A stretch of DNA of 32,000 bases from Neisseria macacae ATCC 33926 (GTDB lineage: Bacteria; Pseudomonadota; Gammaproteobacteria; Burkholderiales; Neisseriaceae), in NCBI RefSeq assembly GCF_022749495.1, contig NZ_CP094241.1, positions 844,188 to 876,187 on the forward strand. The letters are read 5' to 3'. The translations under genes and the position numbers were made by a program. A model generated the notes under the pieces. It was not told where the DNA came from. It saw only the letters and a list, made by a program, of their open reading frames with translations, and ran no database searches. Below are positions 1-8,922 of this stretch, in pieces. Numbering within the stretch: the first letter of the stretch is position 1; each line of letters begins with the position of its first letter.

Positions 1-1089
1 GATGCGCACGACGTTGGCGGACATATTGAAAATACCGAGCTGCATTCTGCCGAAACGGGTGTTCATACCGCAAAAAAGCCTTTACAACTTCCCCAGTCTG
101 AAGCCGCCGAACCACCCGTTCAGAAGACCCCCGCGCCTGCAACGTCGTCTGAAAACAAGGTTGCCGAACCGGTTTCGACTCAAGGAAACAACGACGTCCC
201 ACCTTGGGAAGACACGCCGAGCAAGGCAGAAACCGTAACAGAAACGCCTGCACAAACGGCGGATGCGAGCGTTCAGACGATCTCTGACGCAGCAGAGACA
301 AACACACAGTCCGCAAACGAAGCAGAAACGCCGTTTCAGACGACCCCTCAAGACGAAACGTCGTCTGAAAATCAAGTTTCCGATAACGAGGCAGCAAACA
401 ACGAAACCGATATTTCCTTGCCTGAGACGTCGTCTGAAAACCCCATTCAGACGACCCCGATTGAAGAAGCCGTGGATGCAGAATCGTTTGCGCATGAAGC
501 TTCCGCAGAGCCTTTCTACGATTACGGTTCGCCCGAGCATGACTACCCCGTAGCGGATAGCGCGGAAATGCCCCCGCCGCCGGATTGGGAACACGCCGTC
601 CCTGCCGATACGGCAGAAGCAGAATCGGAAGCCGAAGAAGACGGTGATGAAGAAGACACGCAGTTCGCTCCGCTGCCCGAGTTCTCTACCGAAAACTGGG
701 CGGCAATCGTCCGACATTTCGCCCGCAAGCTCGGCGCCGCGCAAATGCTGGCGCAACACGCCGCATGGACGCACTACGACGCAGGCAGCCATCTGATGAT
801 GCTGTCGATGACCGACGAAGCCCGCGCCACCGCCAACAAAGAGCGGCTCGACAAAATCAAAAACACGCTTGCCGAAGCCTACGGCCTTCCGTTGAAATTG
901 CAAACCGAACCGTGGCGCGACGACGCAGGCTGGGAAACCCCGACCATGCGCCGCCAACGCCTCCAGCTCGAAGGCAGGCAGCAGGCACAGGATTTGCTCG
1001 AAGCCGACGAAACCGCGCGTCAGGTTTTAAAAGTTTTCGAAGCCCAATGGCAGCCCGATTCTTTGGAACTGGCGGAGCAGGCGGAATAA
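1..1089 (+). CDS. dnaX: DNA polymerase III subunit gamma/tau, C-terminal part (5' end outside window)
   Basis: Frame 1 is open from base 1 to TAA at 1087-1089. It encodes an acidic low-complexity linker followed by a conserved C-terminal block (FSTENWAAIVRHFARKLGAAQMLAQHAAW...). ybaB follows, as in the conserved dnaX-ybaB arrangement. Confidence 0.75.
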   Translation, partial: DAHDVGGHIENTELHSAETGVHTAKKPLQLPQSEAAEPPVQKTPAPATSSENKVAEPVSTQGNNDVPPWEDTPSKAETVTETPAQTADASVQTISDAAETNTQSANEAETPFQTTPQDETSSENQVSDNEAANNETDISLPETSSENPIQTTPIEEAVDAESFAHEASAEPFYDYGSPEHDYPVADSAEMPPPPDWEHAVPADTAEAESEAEEDGDEEDTQFAPLPEFSTENWAAIVRHFARKLGAAQMLAQHAAWTHYDAGSHLMMLSMTDEARATANKERLDKIKNTLAEAYGLPLKLQTEPWRDDAGWETPTMRRQRLQLEGRQQAQDLLEADETARQVLKVFEAQWQPDSLELAEQAE

Positions 1090-1135
1090 TGGCAATCGGG
1101 AATTTCCGTTTCCCTTCGGATACATAAACATTCAA

Positions 1136-1170
1136 GTCGTCTGAAAACCGTCAACCCGCTTTCAGACGAC
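1136..1170 (+). terminator. Inverted DUS pair (GTCGTCTGAAA...TTTCAGACGAC) downstream of dnaX
   Basis: Perfect inverted DUS arms 47 nt after the dnaX stop. This is the classic Neisseria DUS-pair terminator layout. Confidence 0.6.
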
Positions 1171-1230
1171 CCTTCACACCAAACGGTATGACCCCATAAC
1201 CTTAACGATTCAACCACAGGAGTTTTAAAT

Positions 1231-1566
1231 ATGTTCGGAAAAGCCGGATTAGGCGGCCTGATGAAACAGGCGCAGCAAATGCAGGAAAACATGAAAAAAG
1301 CGCAAGCGAAACTTGCCGAGACCGAAGTAGAAGGCGAAGCAGGCAACGGCTTGGTTAAAGTCGTGATGACCTGCGCCCACGTCGTGCGCAAACTCGAAAT
1401 CAGCCCCGACCTGATTCAAGAAGCCGCAGACGACAAAGAAATGCTCGAAGATTTGGTGCTCGCCGCCATCAACGCCGCTTCTGAAAAAGCCGAAGAAACC
1501 ACCAACAAAACCATGGGCGCATTTACCCAAGGCCTGCCCGCAGGCATGGGCGACTTCTTCCGCTAA
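1231..1566 (+). CDS. ybaB: YbaB/EbfC family nucleoid-associated protein
   Basis: 111 aa with the typical N-terminus [25 protein letters not shown]. The RBS AGGAG lies upstream, and the gene sits after dnaX. Confidence 0.9.
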   Translation: MFGKAGLGGLMKQAQQMQENMKKAQAKLAETEVEGEAGNGLVKVVMTCAHVVRKLEISPDLIQEAADDKEMLEDLVLAAINAASEKAEETTNKTMGAFTQGLPAGMGDFFR

Positions 1567-1587
1567 ACCCGCGCCGCAAAGCAAATA

Positions 1588-1628
1588 AAGGTCGTCTGAA
1601 ACGCCAAAAAGCAGTTTCAGACGACCTT
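1588..1628 (+). terminator. Inverted DUS pair terminator after ybaB
   Basis: AAGGTCGTCTGAAAC...GTTTCAGACGACCTT hairpin starting 22 nt after the ybaB stop. Confidence 0.65.
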
Positions 1629-1756
1629 CGGATTATCTGTTTTGCGGATTGAAATCAACATATCGGCAGTCATTCCGCCGCAGGCATATTGAATGCGCCA
1701 TTGCATTCAAACCCGCTCAATCAAGATTAAAAACCAACCGATACACCAAACAAAAA

Positions 1757-2323
1757 ATGAAACCGTCCCTTCCCATCCGCTCACTTCTTTTAAGCTGTGT
1801 GTTCGCCGCAGCAAGCGCAAACAGCCTTGCCGCCGCAACCGTCATTACTTCTCCGGACAAACAGTTCAGCGTCAGAAAAGTCTGCAACCATAAAACTCAA
1901 GAATGCTCTTTCTTTGCAAGCAAAAAAGCCATTGCAAAAAATCTTCCCGAAGACAGGACGAGCTATGAATGGCTTGGCAATACCTTTGCATTAAGGATCA
2001 GCTTCGGATCGTATGATTCCTACACCACCTTCGCCGACCGTACCCACAAGCCTCATACGCTTTCTTCCGTCATCGCCACCGACAGCAAAACGCAATGCGC
2101 CGTGACCGCAGGTTATAAAGGCGTGTCTTTCTACTCGCTGTTCCATGAAAAACCGGTCAAATTCATTTCCGCAAAAGACAAAAAATTCGGCTTCATCCAA
2201 GATGTCGCCACGTTGGAATCCGTCGTCGAGGCAGAATTCAAAGGCAAGAAAGTCCGCATGACCTATATGAACAAAGCCGAACGCGATGTCTCGGTCGTTT
2301 TGGACAATCCGTGTGTGAAATGA
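1757..2323 (+). CDS. Hypothetical exported protein (signal peptide, four Cys)
   Basis: Internal ATG at 1757 gives MKPSLPIRSLLLSCVFAAASANSLAA, a Sec or lipoprotein-like signal. The upstream part of the tracked ORF (1649) looks non-coding. No family was recognised. Confidence 0.55.
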   Translation: MKPSLPIRSLLLSCVFAAASANSLAAATVITSPDKQFSVRKVCNHKTQECSFFASKKAIAKNLPEDRTSYEWLGNTFALRISFGSYDSYTTFADRTHKPHTLSSVIATDSKTQCAVTAGYKGVSFYSLFHEKPVKFISAKDKKFGFIQDVATLESVVEAEFKGKKVRMTYMNKAERDVSVVLDNPCVK

Positions 2324-2377
2324 TGTGCCAAGTTTGATGGACAAGGTCGTCTGAAAAGATGCCGTTCATTCAAAAGC

Positions 2378-2420
2378 AAAACAGCCCGAAACCTGACTGA
2401 AAAAAGGTTTCGGGCTGTTT
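2378..2420. terminator. Bidirectional hairpin terminator between convergent genes
   Basis: 14-bp stem AACAGCCCGAAACC/GGTTTCGGGCTGTT flanked by A and T runs. It lies between the 1757-2323 (+) ORF and sbp (-). Confidence 0.7.
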
Positions 2421-2484
2421 GCGCCTGTTTGGCAAACCGAAGCGGGTAGGGCACAAGGCGTGCCGGTTGGGCGGATTGTTTCTT

Positions 2485-3528
2485 TTAGCGTTTGGGCGAG
2501 AGCTGGTCCACCAAGCCGCCGTCGGCAAAATATTTCTTCATGATTTCTGGCCATGTGCCGAATTTTTCATTCGGATTGAACGTTTCGATATCCGGAAAAT
2601 CAGCTTTGTGTGCGGCGAGGACTTCGCTGTCGCGCGGACGCAGATACAATTTGGCGGCAAGCTCTTGGGCGGGTTTGCTCCAAAGGTAGGACAGATATTC
2701 CTGCGCCGCCTGCTGCGTACCTTTTTTATCCGCCACGCTGTCCACGACGGCAACCGGCGTTTCCGACAAAATCGTGTAGCTCGGATAAACAATCTCAAAT
2801 TGATCTTGAGTCAGTTTTTTGCTGACATGATTCGCCTCGTTTTCAAAAGTAATCAAAACATCGCCGATATTGCGCTGACTGAACGTCGTCGTTGCCGCCC
2901 TGCCGCCGCTTTCAAATACCGGCGTGTTTTTCAGTAAGGCAGCGACAAATTCTTTGGTTTTGCTTTCATCTCCGCCAAACGCCTTCAAACCGTAGCCGTA
3001 TGCGCCCAAAAAGGCATAGCGGCCGTTGCCCGTGGTTTTCGGGTTGGCGAGTACGATTTTTACCCCGTCTTTGGTCAAATCGTTCCAATCCTTGATTTGC
3101 TTCGGATTGCCTTTGCGGACGAGGAAAACTGTCGTGCTGGTGTAAGGCACGGCATGGTCGGGCAGGCGTTTTGCCCAGTCGGATTTGACCAAGCCTTTTT
3201 GTTCGAGCAGCTCGATGTCGGAAGTCTGATTCATGGTCACCACGTCCGCCGCCAAACCGTTCGCCACAGATAAAGCCTGCTTGCTGGAGCCGCCGTGAGA
3301 CTGCTGGATTTCAATAGACTCGCCATGATGCTTTGCCTGATATTCTTTAATAAATAACGGGTTATATTCTTTGTAAAAATCCCGTGCCACATCATAAGAC
3401 ACATTTAAAAGCGTAATGCCCTTGCCGTTTGCCACCGGCGCAGCCGCCTTGTCGGCAGCCTGTTCGGATTTGGGCGAGCAGGCGGAAAGAGCAATGACGG
3501 CAGCCAGCGACAGTATGCGGATATTCAT
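2485..3528 (-). CDS. sbp: Sulfate/thiosulfate ABC transporter periplasmic binding protein
   Basis: 347 aa with a signal peptide (MNIRILSLAAVIALSAC) and Sbp/CysP-type blocks (LLNVSYDVARDFYKEYN, SHGGSSKQALSVANGLAADVVTMNQ). Confidence 0.9.
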   Translation of the reverse strand: MNIRILSLAAVIALSACSPKSEQAADKAAAPVANGKGITLLNVSYDVARDFYKEYNPLFIKEYQAKHHGESIEIQQSHGGSSKQALSVANGLAADVVTMNQTSDIELLEQKGLVKSDWAKRLPDHAVPYTSTTVFLVRKGNPKQIKDWNDLTKDGVKIVLANPKTTGNGRYAFLGAYGYGLKAFGGDESKTKEFVAALLKNTPVFESGGRAATTTFSQRNIGDVLITFENEANHVSKKLTQDQFEIVYPSYTILSETPVAVVDSVADKKGTQQAAQEYLSYLWSKPAQELAAKLYLRPRDSEVLAAHKADFPDIETFNPNEKFGTWPEIMKKYFADGGLVDQLSPKR

Positions 3529-3752
3529 TCGACACTCCTGAAAAATTCGGAAAACAATTCGCCCGATTCATTGCCGATAAGGACGTAACGCACCAAGCAT
3601 GAACAGGCAGTGATTACAAAGCACTTTATCTCGAAAGAATAAAAAGCGGAAATAATGTTTGCTTCGGCGGATATCAATTTTGGTTATAAGGTCGTCTGAA
3701 AAGCAGGCTTCATTTTCAGACGACCACCGCCGAGACGGAATCTTGTTTTGAT

Positions 3753-3820
3753 TATAGTGGATTAACTTTAAACCAGTACGGCGTTACCTCGCCTTGTTCT
3801 GATTTAGTTAATCCACTATA
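3753..3820. repeat. Short (68 bp) Correia-type element
   Basis: Terminal inverted repeats TATAGTGGATTAA...TTAATCCACTATA, with the interior shortened compared with the 107 and 157 bp forms. Confidence 0.8.
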
Positions 3821-3840
3821 TCCGGCGAAAACGTAAAAAA

Positions 3841-3901
3841 AGGTCGTCTGAAAACGGCTGATTCGGTTCTATATGAACCGGAATCCGTTTTCAGACGACC
3901 T
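3841..3901 (-). terminator. Extended inverted DUS pair downstream of the copZ-like gene
   Basis: AGGTCGTCTGAAAACGG...CCGTTTTCAGACGACCT, ending 13 nt after the stop of the minus-strand gene. Confidence 0.6.
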
Positions 3902-3913
3902 TTTCGCAAGCAA

Positions 3914-4123
3914 TCACAAAGCCGCGTCGTATCCGCCGTCTTCCACAGCGTCAATCAACGCCGCCGCATTGGTTTTCGCCGGATCGAATTCAATAACGGC
4001 ATTTTTGTTTTCCAAACTGACTTCGGCTTTGGCTACGCCGTCGATACCGGTCAAAATGCGGGTAACACTTTTGACGCAACCGCCGCAAGTCATCCCGTCG
4101 ATATGAAGCGTGAGGGTTTCCAT
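3914..4123 (-). CDS. copZ: Heavy-metal-associated (HMA) domain copper chaperone-like protein
   Basis: 69 aa starting METLTLHIDGMTCGGCVKSV, with the GMTCxxC metal-binding motif. RBS AAGGAA lies before the ATG at 4123. The tracked start at 4177 is probably too far upstream. Confidence 0.85.
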   Translation of the reverse strand: METLTLHIDGMTCGGCVKSVTRILTGIDGVAKAEVSLENKNAVIEFDPAKTNAAALIDAVEDGGYDAAL

Positions 4124-4346
4124 AGGGTTTCCTTTCTGTGGGCAAATATCGTGAAATCCGACAAACTGCTGCAACACTTCAACGCAAACGATGCGCCCAA
4201 ATGTCGAAACCTAAATGCTTGCAGGATTTCATCCTAGATTGTAGAAAATATCCAAGACAGTACTGTAAACCCTCAAGAGGCAAAGTCAAGCGGGTCGTCT
4301 GAAAAAAGCCGTACGCTACTGCTGCCGTGCCGCAGCGGCAGGCAAA

Positions 4347-4503
4347 TATAGTGGATTAACTTTAAACCAGTACGGCGTTGCCTCGCCTTAGCTCAAAGAG
4401 AACGATTCTCTAAGGTGCTGAAGCACCAAGTGAATCGGTTCCGTACTATCTGTACTGTCTGCGGCTTCGTCGCCTTGTCCTGATTTAAATTTAATCCACT
4501 ATA
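4347..4503. repeat. Full-length (157 bp) Correia element
   Basis: TATAGTGGATTAACTTTAAACCAGTACGG...TTTAAATTTAATCCACTATA terminal inverted repeats. Confidence 0.9.
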
Positions 4504-4703
4504 ATATGCTGCCAAACAGTTTAAAAGGTTGGGTAAATGAGCGCAGCTAGAGCGAGCCGCAGGCGTAAAGCCCCAAAACACCGAAACTTCAAACCAAAGG
4601 TCGTCTGAAAACAAGCGTGAAGCATTTTCAGACGACCTTTCTTATGGGAAGCGGTGTGTTTTTAGGGTTTCGTTCGAGGATGGTTTCAGGGGTTGCCGAA
4701 TTT

Positions 4704-4810
4704 TATAGTGGATTAAAATAAAAATGAGACAAGGCGGCAACGCCCGCCGTGTACGGGTAGTACATAAGGGCGTTGGCAACGCCGTATCATTGCAATTTTA
4801 ATCCACTATA
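4704..4810. repeat. Correia-like element with divergent interior (107 bp)
   Basis: It has the same TATAGTGGATTAA/TTAATCCACTATA termini, but the internal sequence differs from the other copies in the window. Confidence 0.7.
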
Positions 4811-4939
4811 TTGAAACTCAAAGGCTTCGTTTGAATAGGTTTGTCGGCTGTATCGGGTGTCCGTCTGGATGTTTCGGACCGGATTGTGTTTGGGAACGGG
4901 TATGCAGGTTTGTACGGATGGGTGTTTGATGCGTTCGGG

Positions 4940-5509
4940 TCAGATTTTGGCTTCCAGCATCGGTTTTAAGGCTTCCCAAGCCTGCGGCAGTTCTGTGAAG
5001 CCGTCGGATGCCATCAGGTGTCCGCCTTGGGCGATGTGGGTGACGGGGCTTTTGAGTTTGTCCGCCATGTCCAGGGTCAGTTCGGGCGGGACGTGGGTGT
5101 CGTCGTCGGAGACGATGCAGTGTTTGGGCATTTGGATTTTGCGCAGGATGTCGAATTCGGGCGCGGCGCCTTTGATGTAGGCGTCAAGGGCGGGCAGCGG
5201 GGGCAGGGGGGCGGCGAATCCCGCCGCCAGTACCAAGCCGCCGATTTTTTCGGGCTGCTGACGGCTGAGGAAGTGCAGAAGGGTGATGCAGCCTAGGCTG
5301 TGTCCGACTAAAAAGGTGTTTTCGTCGGGCTTGCCGATGACTTGGTCGAGGGCGAACTGCCACGAGGAAACCGTCGGCCGTTCGGGATTGGGCATCGCCA
5401 GCGAGTCGGCTTGGAAGCCTGCGGCGCGGACTTGTGCCGAGAGCCAGTCAAACCAGTTACCGTGCGGATTGCCTTCAAAACCGTGTACGATAAAGACGCG
5501 TCGGGGCAT
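4940..5509 (-). CDS. Alpha/beta-fold serine hydrolase (YdeN/RBBP9-like)
   Basis: 189 aa with VFIVHGFEGNPHGNWFDWL at the N-terminus and the nucleophile elbow GHSLG. Confidence 0.7.
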   Translation of the reverse strand: MPRRVFIVHGFEGNPHGNWFDWLSAQVRAAGFQADSLAMPNPERPTVSSWQFALDQVIGKPDENTFLVGHSLGCITLLHFLSRQQPEKIGGLVLAAGFAAPLPPLPALDAYIKGAAPEFDILRKIQMPKHCIVSDDDTHVPPELTLDMADKLKSPVTHIAQGGHLMASDGFTELPQAWEALKPMLEAKI

Positions 5510-5822
5510 GTCGATTACTCCTTTTCAGACGACCTGTCGGGTGTGTCGGTTTACTTATTATAACACTCATTGTTTGTTTCAGTTTTATCGTTATCCTGCG
5601 TATGGCGGGTAAATGGGAATCGGGACGGGCGGTAAAACCGAAGGCAAAAAGGGGGATGGCGCGGATTTGGTGTTGGAATCAAGCGCTCGCTTTGGCGCTT
5701 GGGCGCGGGGCATTGTTTGGTTAAAGTTCATGTGTGATGCAAATAGTTTTTTTAGATTTGTATCAATAAAAGGTCGTCTGAAATCGGTTTCAGACGACCT
5801 TGGGCAGGGAAACATTCAGATA

Positions 5823-5929
5823 TATAGTGGATTAAATTTAAATCAGGACAAGGCGACGAAGCCGCAGACAGTACAGATAGTACGGCAAGGCGAGGTAACG
5901 CCGTCCTGGTTTAAAGTTAATCCACTATA
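5823..5929. repeat. Correia element (107 bp)
   Basis: TATAGTGGATTAAATTTAAATCAGGACAAGGCGACG...TTAATCCACTATA. Confidence 0.9.
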
Positions 5930-5968
5930 AATATTGTGAATGCCGCGGGTTTGGTCGGATTGCTCCGC

Positions 5969-6883
5969 TTAAAAATAACCCGCCTTTTTACGCTCTTCCA
6001 TCGCTGCTTCGGACACGCGGTCGTCCATGCGCGTGGCGCTGCGCTCGGAGATGGTTGCCGCCGCGGTTTCGGCGATGATGTCTTCGGGCGTGGCGGCAGT
6101 GCTGGCTACGGGGCAGGTGCAGGAAATGTCGCCGACGGTGCGGAAGCGCACGTCGCGGATTTGTGAAACTTCGCCTTCGCGTTTCGGCGTCAACGGGGTA
6201 ACGGGGACGAGCAGCCCGCTGCGTTCGACGACTTCGCGTTTGTGGCTGTAATAAATCGGCGGCAGCGCGAGGTTTTCGCGGGCGATGTATTGCCAGATGT
6301 CGAGTTCCGTCCAGTTTGAAATGGGGAACACGCGCATGTTTTCGCCGCTAAAGAGCCGCGTATTGTAGAGCGACCAGAGTTCGGGACGCTGGCTTTTCGG
6401 GTCCCATTGTCCGAATTCATCGCGGAACGAGAAAATCCGCTCTTTCGCCCGCGCTTTTTCCTCATCGCGCCGCGCGCCGCCCATCAGTGCGTCAAAGCCT
6501 TGTTCTTCAATGGTTTCCACCAGCGTTACCGCCTGCGCGGCGTTGCGCGAATCGGTTTCGCGGCGCAGGACGACCGTGCCTTTTTTGATGGAATCTTCGA
6601 CGCTGCCGACTACCAGTTGCACGCCCGTGCGTGCGACGGTTTCATCGCGGAACTGAATCACTTCGGGGTAATTGTGCCCCGTATCGACGTGCAGCAGCTT
6701 GAACGGCAGCTTGAGCGGGCGGCCTTCGAGTTTGAACGCTTTGACCGCCAGCGCCAGCAAAACGACGGAATCTTTGCCGCCGGAAAACAGCAGCGCGGGA
6801 TTTTTCGCCTCGGCGACGACTTCGCGGATGATGTAGATGGATTCGGCTTCGAGCCAGTCTAGGTGGTGGTTTTGAATAGACAT
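5969..6883 (-). CDS. cysD: Sulfate adenylyltransferase subunit 2
   Basis: 304 aa, collinear with CysD throughout: LEAESIYIIREV, SGGKDS PP-loop, GGARRDEEKARAKERIFSFRD, C-terminal ...KKAGYF. Confidence 0.92.
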   Translation of the reverse strand: MSIQNHHLDWLEAESIYIIREVVAEAKNPALLFSGGKDSVVLLALAVKAFKLEGRPLKLPFKLLHVDTGHNYPEVIQFRDETVARTGVQLVVGSVEDSIKKGTVVLRRETDSRNAAQAVTLVETIEEQGFDALMGGARRDEEKARAKERIFSFRDEFGQWDPKSQRPELWSLYNTRLFSGENMRVFPISNWTELDIWQYIARENLALPPIYYSHKREVVERSGLLVPVTPLTPKREGEVSQIRDVRFRTVGDISCTCPVASTAATPEDIIAETAAATISERSATRMDDRVSEAAMEERKKAGYF

Positions 6884-7055
6884 ATTGTTCTCTTTAGCAA
6901 AACTCGGATAGGCGGTACTCTAAAGAGGTCGTCTGAAAAACGGAAAGAATGGTTTGTTTGAAGCAAAGATGATTTCGTTATATTGGCGGGGTCGTCTGAA
7001 AAGGGATTGGCGTTTTCAGACGATCCCTTTGCCGCGCGGCAACGGAAACGGCACA

Positions 7056-7164
7056 TATAGTGGATTAACTTTAAACCAGTACGGCGTTGCCTCGCCTTGC
7101 CGTACTATCTGCACTGTCTGCGGCTTCGTCGCCTTGTCCTGATTTAAATTTAATCCACCATATA
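7056..7164. repeat. Correia element (about 109 bp, one end with a 1-nt insertion)
   Basis: TATAGTGGATTAACTTTAAACC...TTTAATCCACCATATA. Confidence 0.85.
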
Positions 7165-7259
7165 ACCAAATTCGATAAGATAAGCAAAAACCATTCTTTC
7201 CGCCGAAGCCTGCGGGATTTTAAGATGGGCGGCACGATAGCTTAATAAGAGAACACGCC

Positions 7260-8675
7260 ATGAACCATTATCCCCTGTTTGCCGATTTGAACGGCCGCCC
7301 CGTCCTGCTGGCGGGTGCGGGCAAAGTTGCGGAACGCAAAGCCGAAAGCCTGTTGCAGGCAGGGGCTGCGGTCAGGGTTGTCGCCCGCGAACTCAATCCC
7401 GTTTTCCAAAAATGGGCGGACGAAGGCAAAATCGAATGGCTGGGCAGCGAATTTCACGAGGACGACTTGGACGGCGTGTTTTTCGCCGTCGCCGCCACCG
7501 ACGATTACGCCTTCAACCGCCGCATTTTCCAAGCGGCGGAGCAGCGGGCGAAACTCTGCAACACCGTCGATACCGCGGATTTGTGTTCCTTCACTGTCCC
7601 CGCCGTCATCGACCGCAGCCCGATCAAAATCGCTGTCTCCAGCGGCGCGACCGCCCCCGTTTTGGCGCGCAAGTGGCGGCAGATCATCGAAACGCTCATC
7701 CCGCTGCACACCGGTCAAATGGCGGTGCTCGCAGGCAAATGGCGCAACGCGGTCAAAGCCAAAATCAAAGGCACGGCAAACCGCCGCCGTTTTTGGGAAA
7801 ACCTGTTTGACAGCCGCTTTAACGCGCTTGCCGCCCAAGGCAACCTCGATGCCGCCGAAGCAGAGCTTGCTGCGCAGCTTGACGGCTTCGGCGCGGCAAA
7901 AGGCGAAGTCGTCCTTGTCGGCGCAGGTCCCGGCGACGCAGGGCTGCTCACCTTGCACGCTTTGCAGGCGATACAGGCGGCGGATGTCGTGTTCCACGAT
8001 GCCTTGGTTTCAGACGACGTTTTAAGCATGGTGCGCAAAGACGCGGACAAAATCAGCGTCGGCAAACGCGCAGGCTCGCACCACGTCCAACAAGAAGAAA
8101 CCAACCGCCTCCTGGTCGAATACGCCCGCCAAGGTTTGCGCGTCGTCCGGCTCAAAGGCGGCGACCCCTTCGTTTTCGGGCGCGGCGGCGAAGAAGCCCA
8201 AGTTTTGAGAGAGGCACACATCCCCTACCGCATCATCCCCGGCATCACCGCCGCACTGGGCGCGACCGCCTACGCAGGCATCCCCCTGACACACCGCGAC
8301 TGCGCACAAAGCGCGCTCTTCGTTACCGGACACAGCAAACACGACGGCCACCAACCCGACTGGCGCACGCTCGCCCTGAGCAACCAAACACTGGTCGTCT
8401 ATATGGGCACGCTCAAAGCCGCCGAAACCGCCGAAAAGCTGATGGCGCACGGACGCAGCGGCGACACACCCGTCGCCATCGTCTCCAACGGCACGCTTCC
8501 GCATCAGAGCGTCGTAACAGGTCGTCTGAAAAACCTGTCCGAGCTGGCAGAAAACGCCCCGCGCCCCGCGCTGATCGTTATCGGCGAAGTCGTTTCCCTG
8601 CGCGACGAATTGAAATGGTTTCAAGAAAACCCCGCGCAAAACCGCCTTCACACGCTGCACGAACAAGCCGCCTGA
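7260..8675 (+). CDS. cysG: Siroheme synthase (precorrin-2 dehydrogenase / ferrochelatase / uroporphyrinogen-III methyltransferase)
   Basis: 471 aa with an N-terminal Rossmann GAGKVAERK and a C-terminal SAM methyltransferase (VGAGPGDAGLLTL, RLKGGDPFVFGRGGEE). Confidence 0.92.
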   Translation: MNHYPLFADLNGRPVLLAGAGKVAERKAESLLQAGAAVRVVARELNPVFQKWADEGKIEWLGSEFHEDDLDGVFFAVAATDDYAFNRRIFQAAEQRAKLCNTVDTADLCSFTVPAVIDRSPIKIAVSSGATAPVLARKWRQIIETLIPLHTGQMAVLAGKWRNAVKAKIKGTANRRRFWENLFDSRFNALAAQGNLDAAEAELAAQLDGFGAAKGEVVLVGAGPGDAGLLTLHALQAIQAADVVFHDALVSDDVLSMVRKDADKISVGKRAGSHHVQQEETNRLLVEYARQGLRVVRLKGGDPFVFGRGGEEAQVLREAHIPYRIIPGITAALGATAYAGIPLTHRDCAQSALFVTGHSKHDGHQPDWRTLALSNQTLVVYMGTLKAAETAEKLMAHGRSGDTPVAIVSNGTLPHQSVVTGRLKNLSELAENAPRPALIVIGEVVSLRDELKWFQENPAQNRLHTLHEQAA

Positions 8676-8703
8676 AGCGTTGTTCAAACCGTTTAAACAA
8701 ACA

Positions 8704-8746
8704 AAAGGTCGTCTGAAAACCCCAATCCGGTTTTCAGACGACCTTT
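8704..8746 (+). terminator. Inverted DUS pair terminator after cysG
   Basis: AAAGGTCGTCTGAAAACC...GGTTTTCAGACGACCTTT, starting 29 nt after the stop. Confidence 0.7.
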
Positions 8747-8922
8747 CTTGATTATGCTTTCACGGTCGGATGGTGTAAGATGCTGACGCAGCACGCAATC
8801 GCGTCAACAAACGCCTCCAACGGAGCGTGCGGCATGCCAAACAGAGATAGGGCAGATAGCGGCCGAGTCATCAAACGGATGGATGCCGCTTTCCGTTTTT
8901 TCAAAAAAAGAAAGGATTTTCC

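Noticed and set aside
82-957. 291-aa minus-strand ORF antisense to dnaX, and similar long antisense ORFs at 7242-7997, 8022-8687, 8752-9402, 9472-10179, 10574-12223, 11860-12603 and 12548-13171
   Set aside because: These are shadow ORFs typical of GC-rich coding DNA. The products are Arg/Gly/Phe-rich nonsense, and each lies fully inside a gene with clear family motifs on the other strand.
4240-4300. MerR/CueR-type promoter upstream of the copZ-like gene (minus strand TTGACT...CCTCTTGAGG...TACAGT)
   Set aside because: The dyad arms are only 4 bp and the -35/-10 spacing is about 16 nt rather than the 19-20 nt typical of MerR-family promoters. That is too weak to call.
4393-4614. ORFs at 4393-4614, 5613-5930 and 6954-7142 overlapping Correia elements
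   Set aside because: They are open frames running through repeat elements and DUS pairs. They have no RBS and no recognisable protein features.
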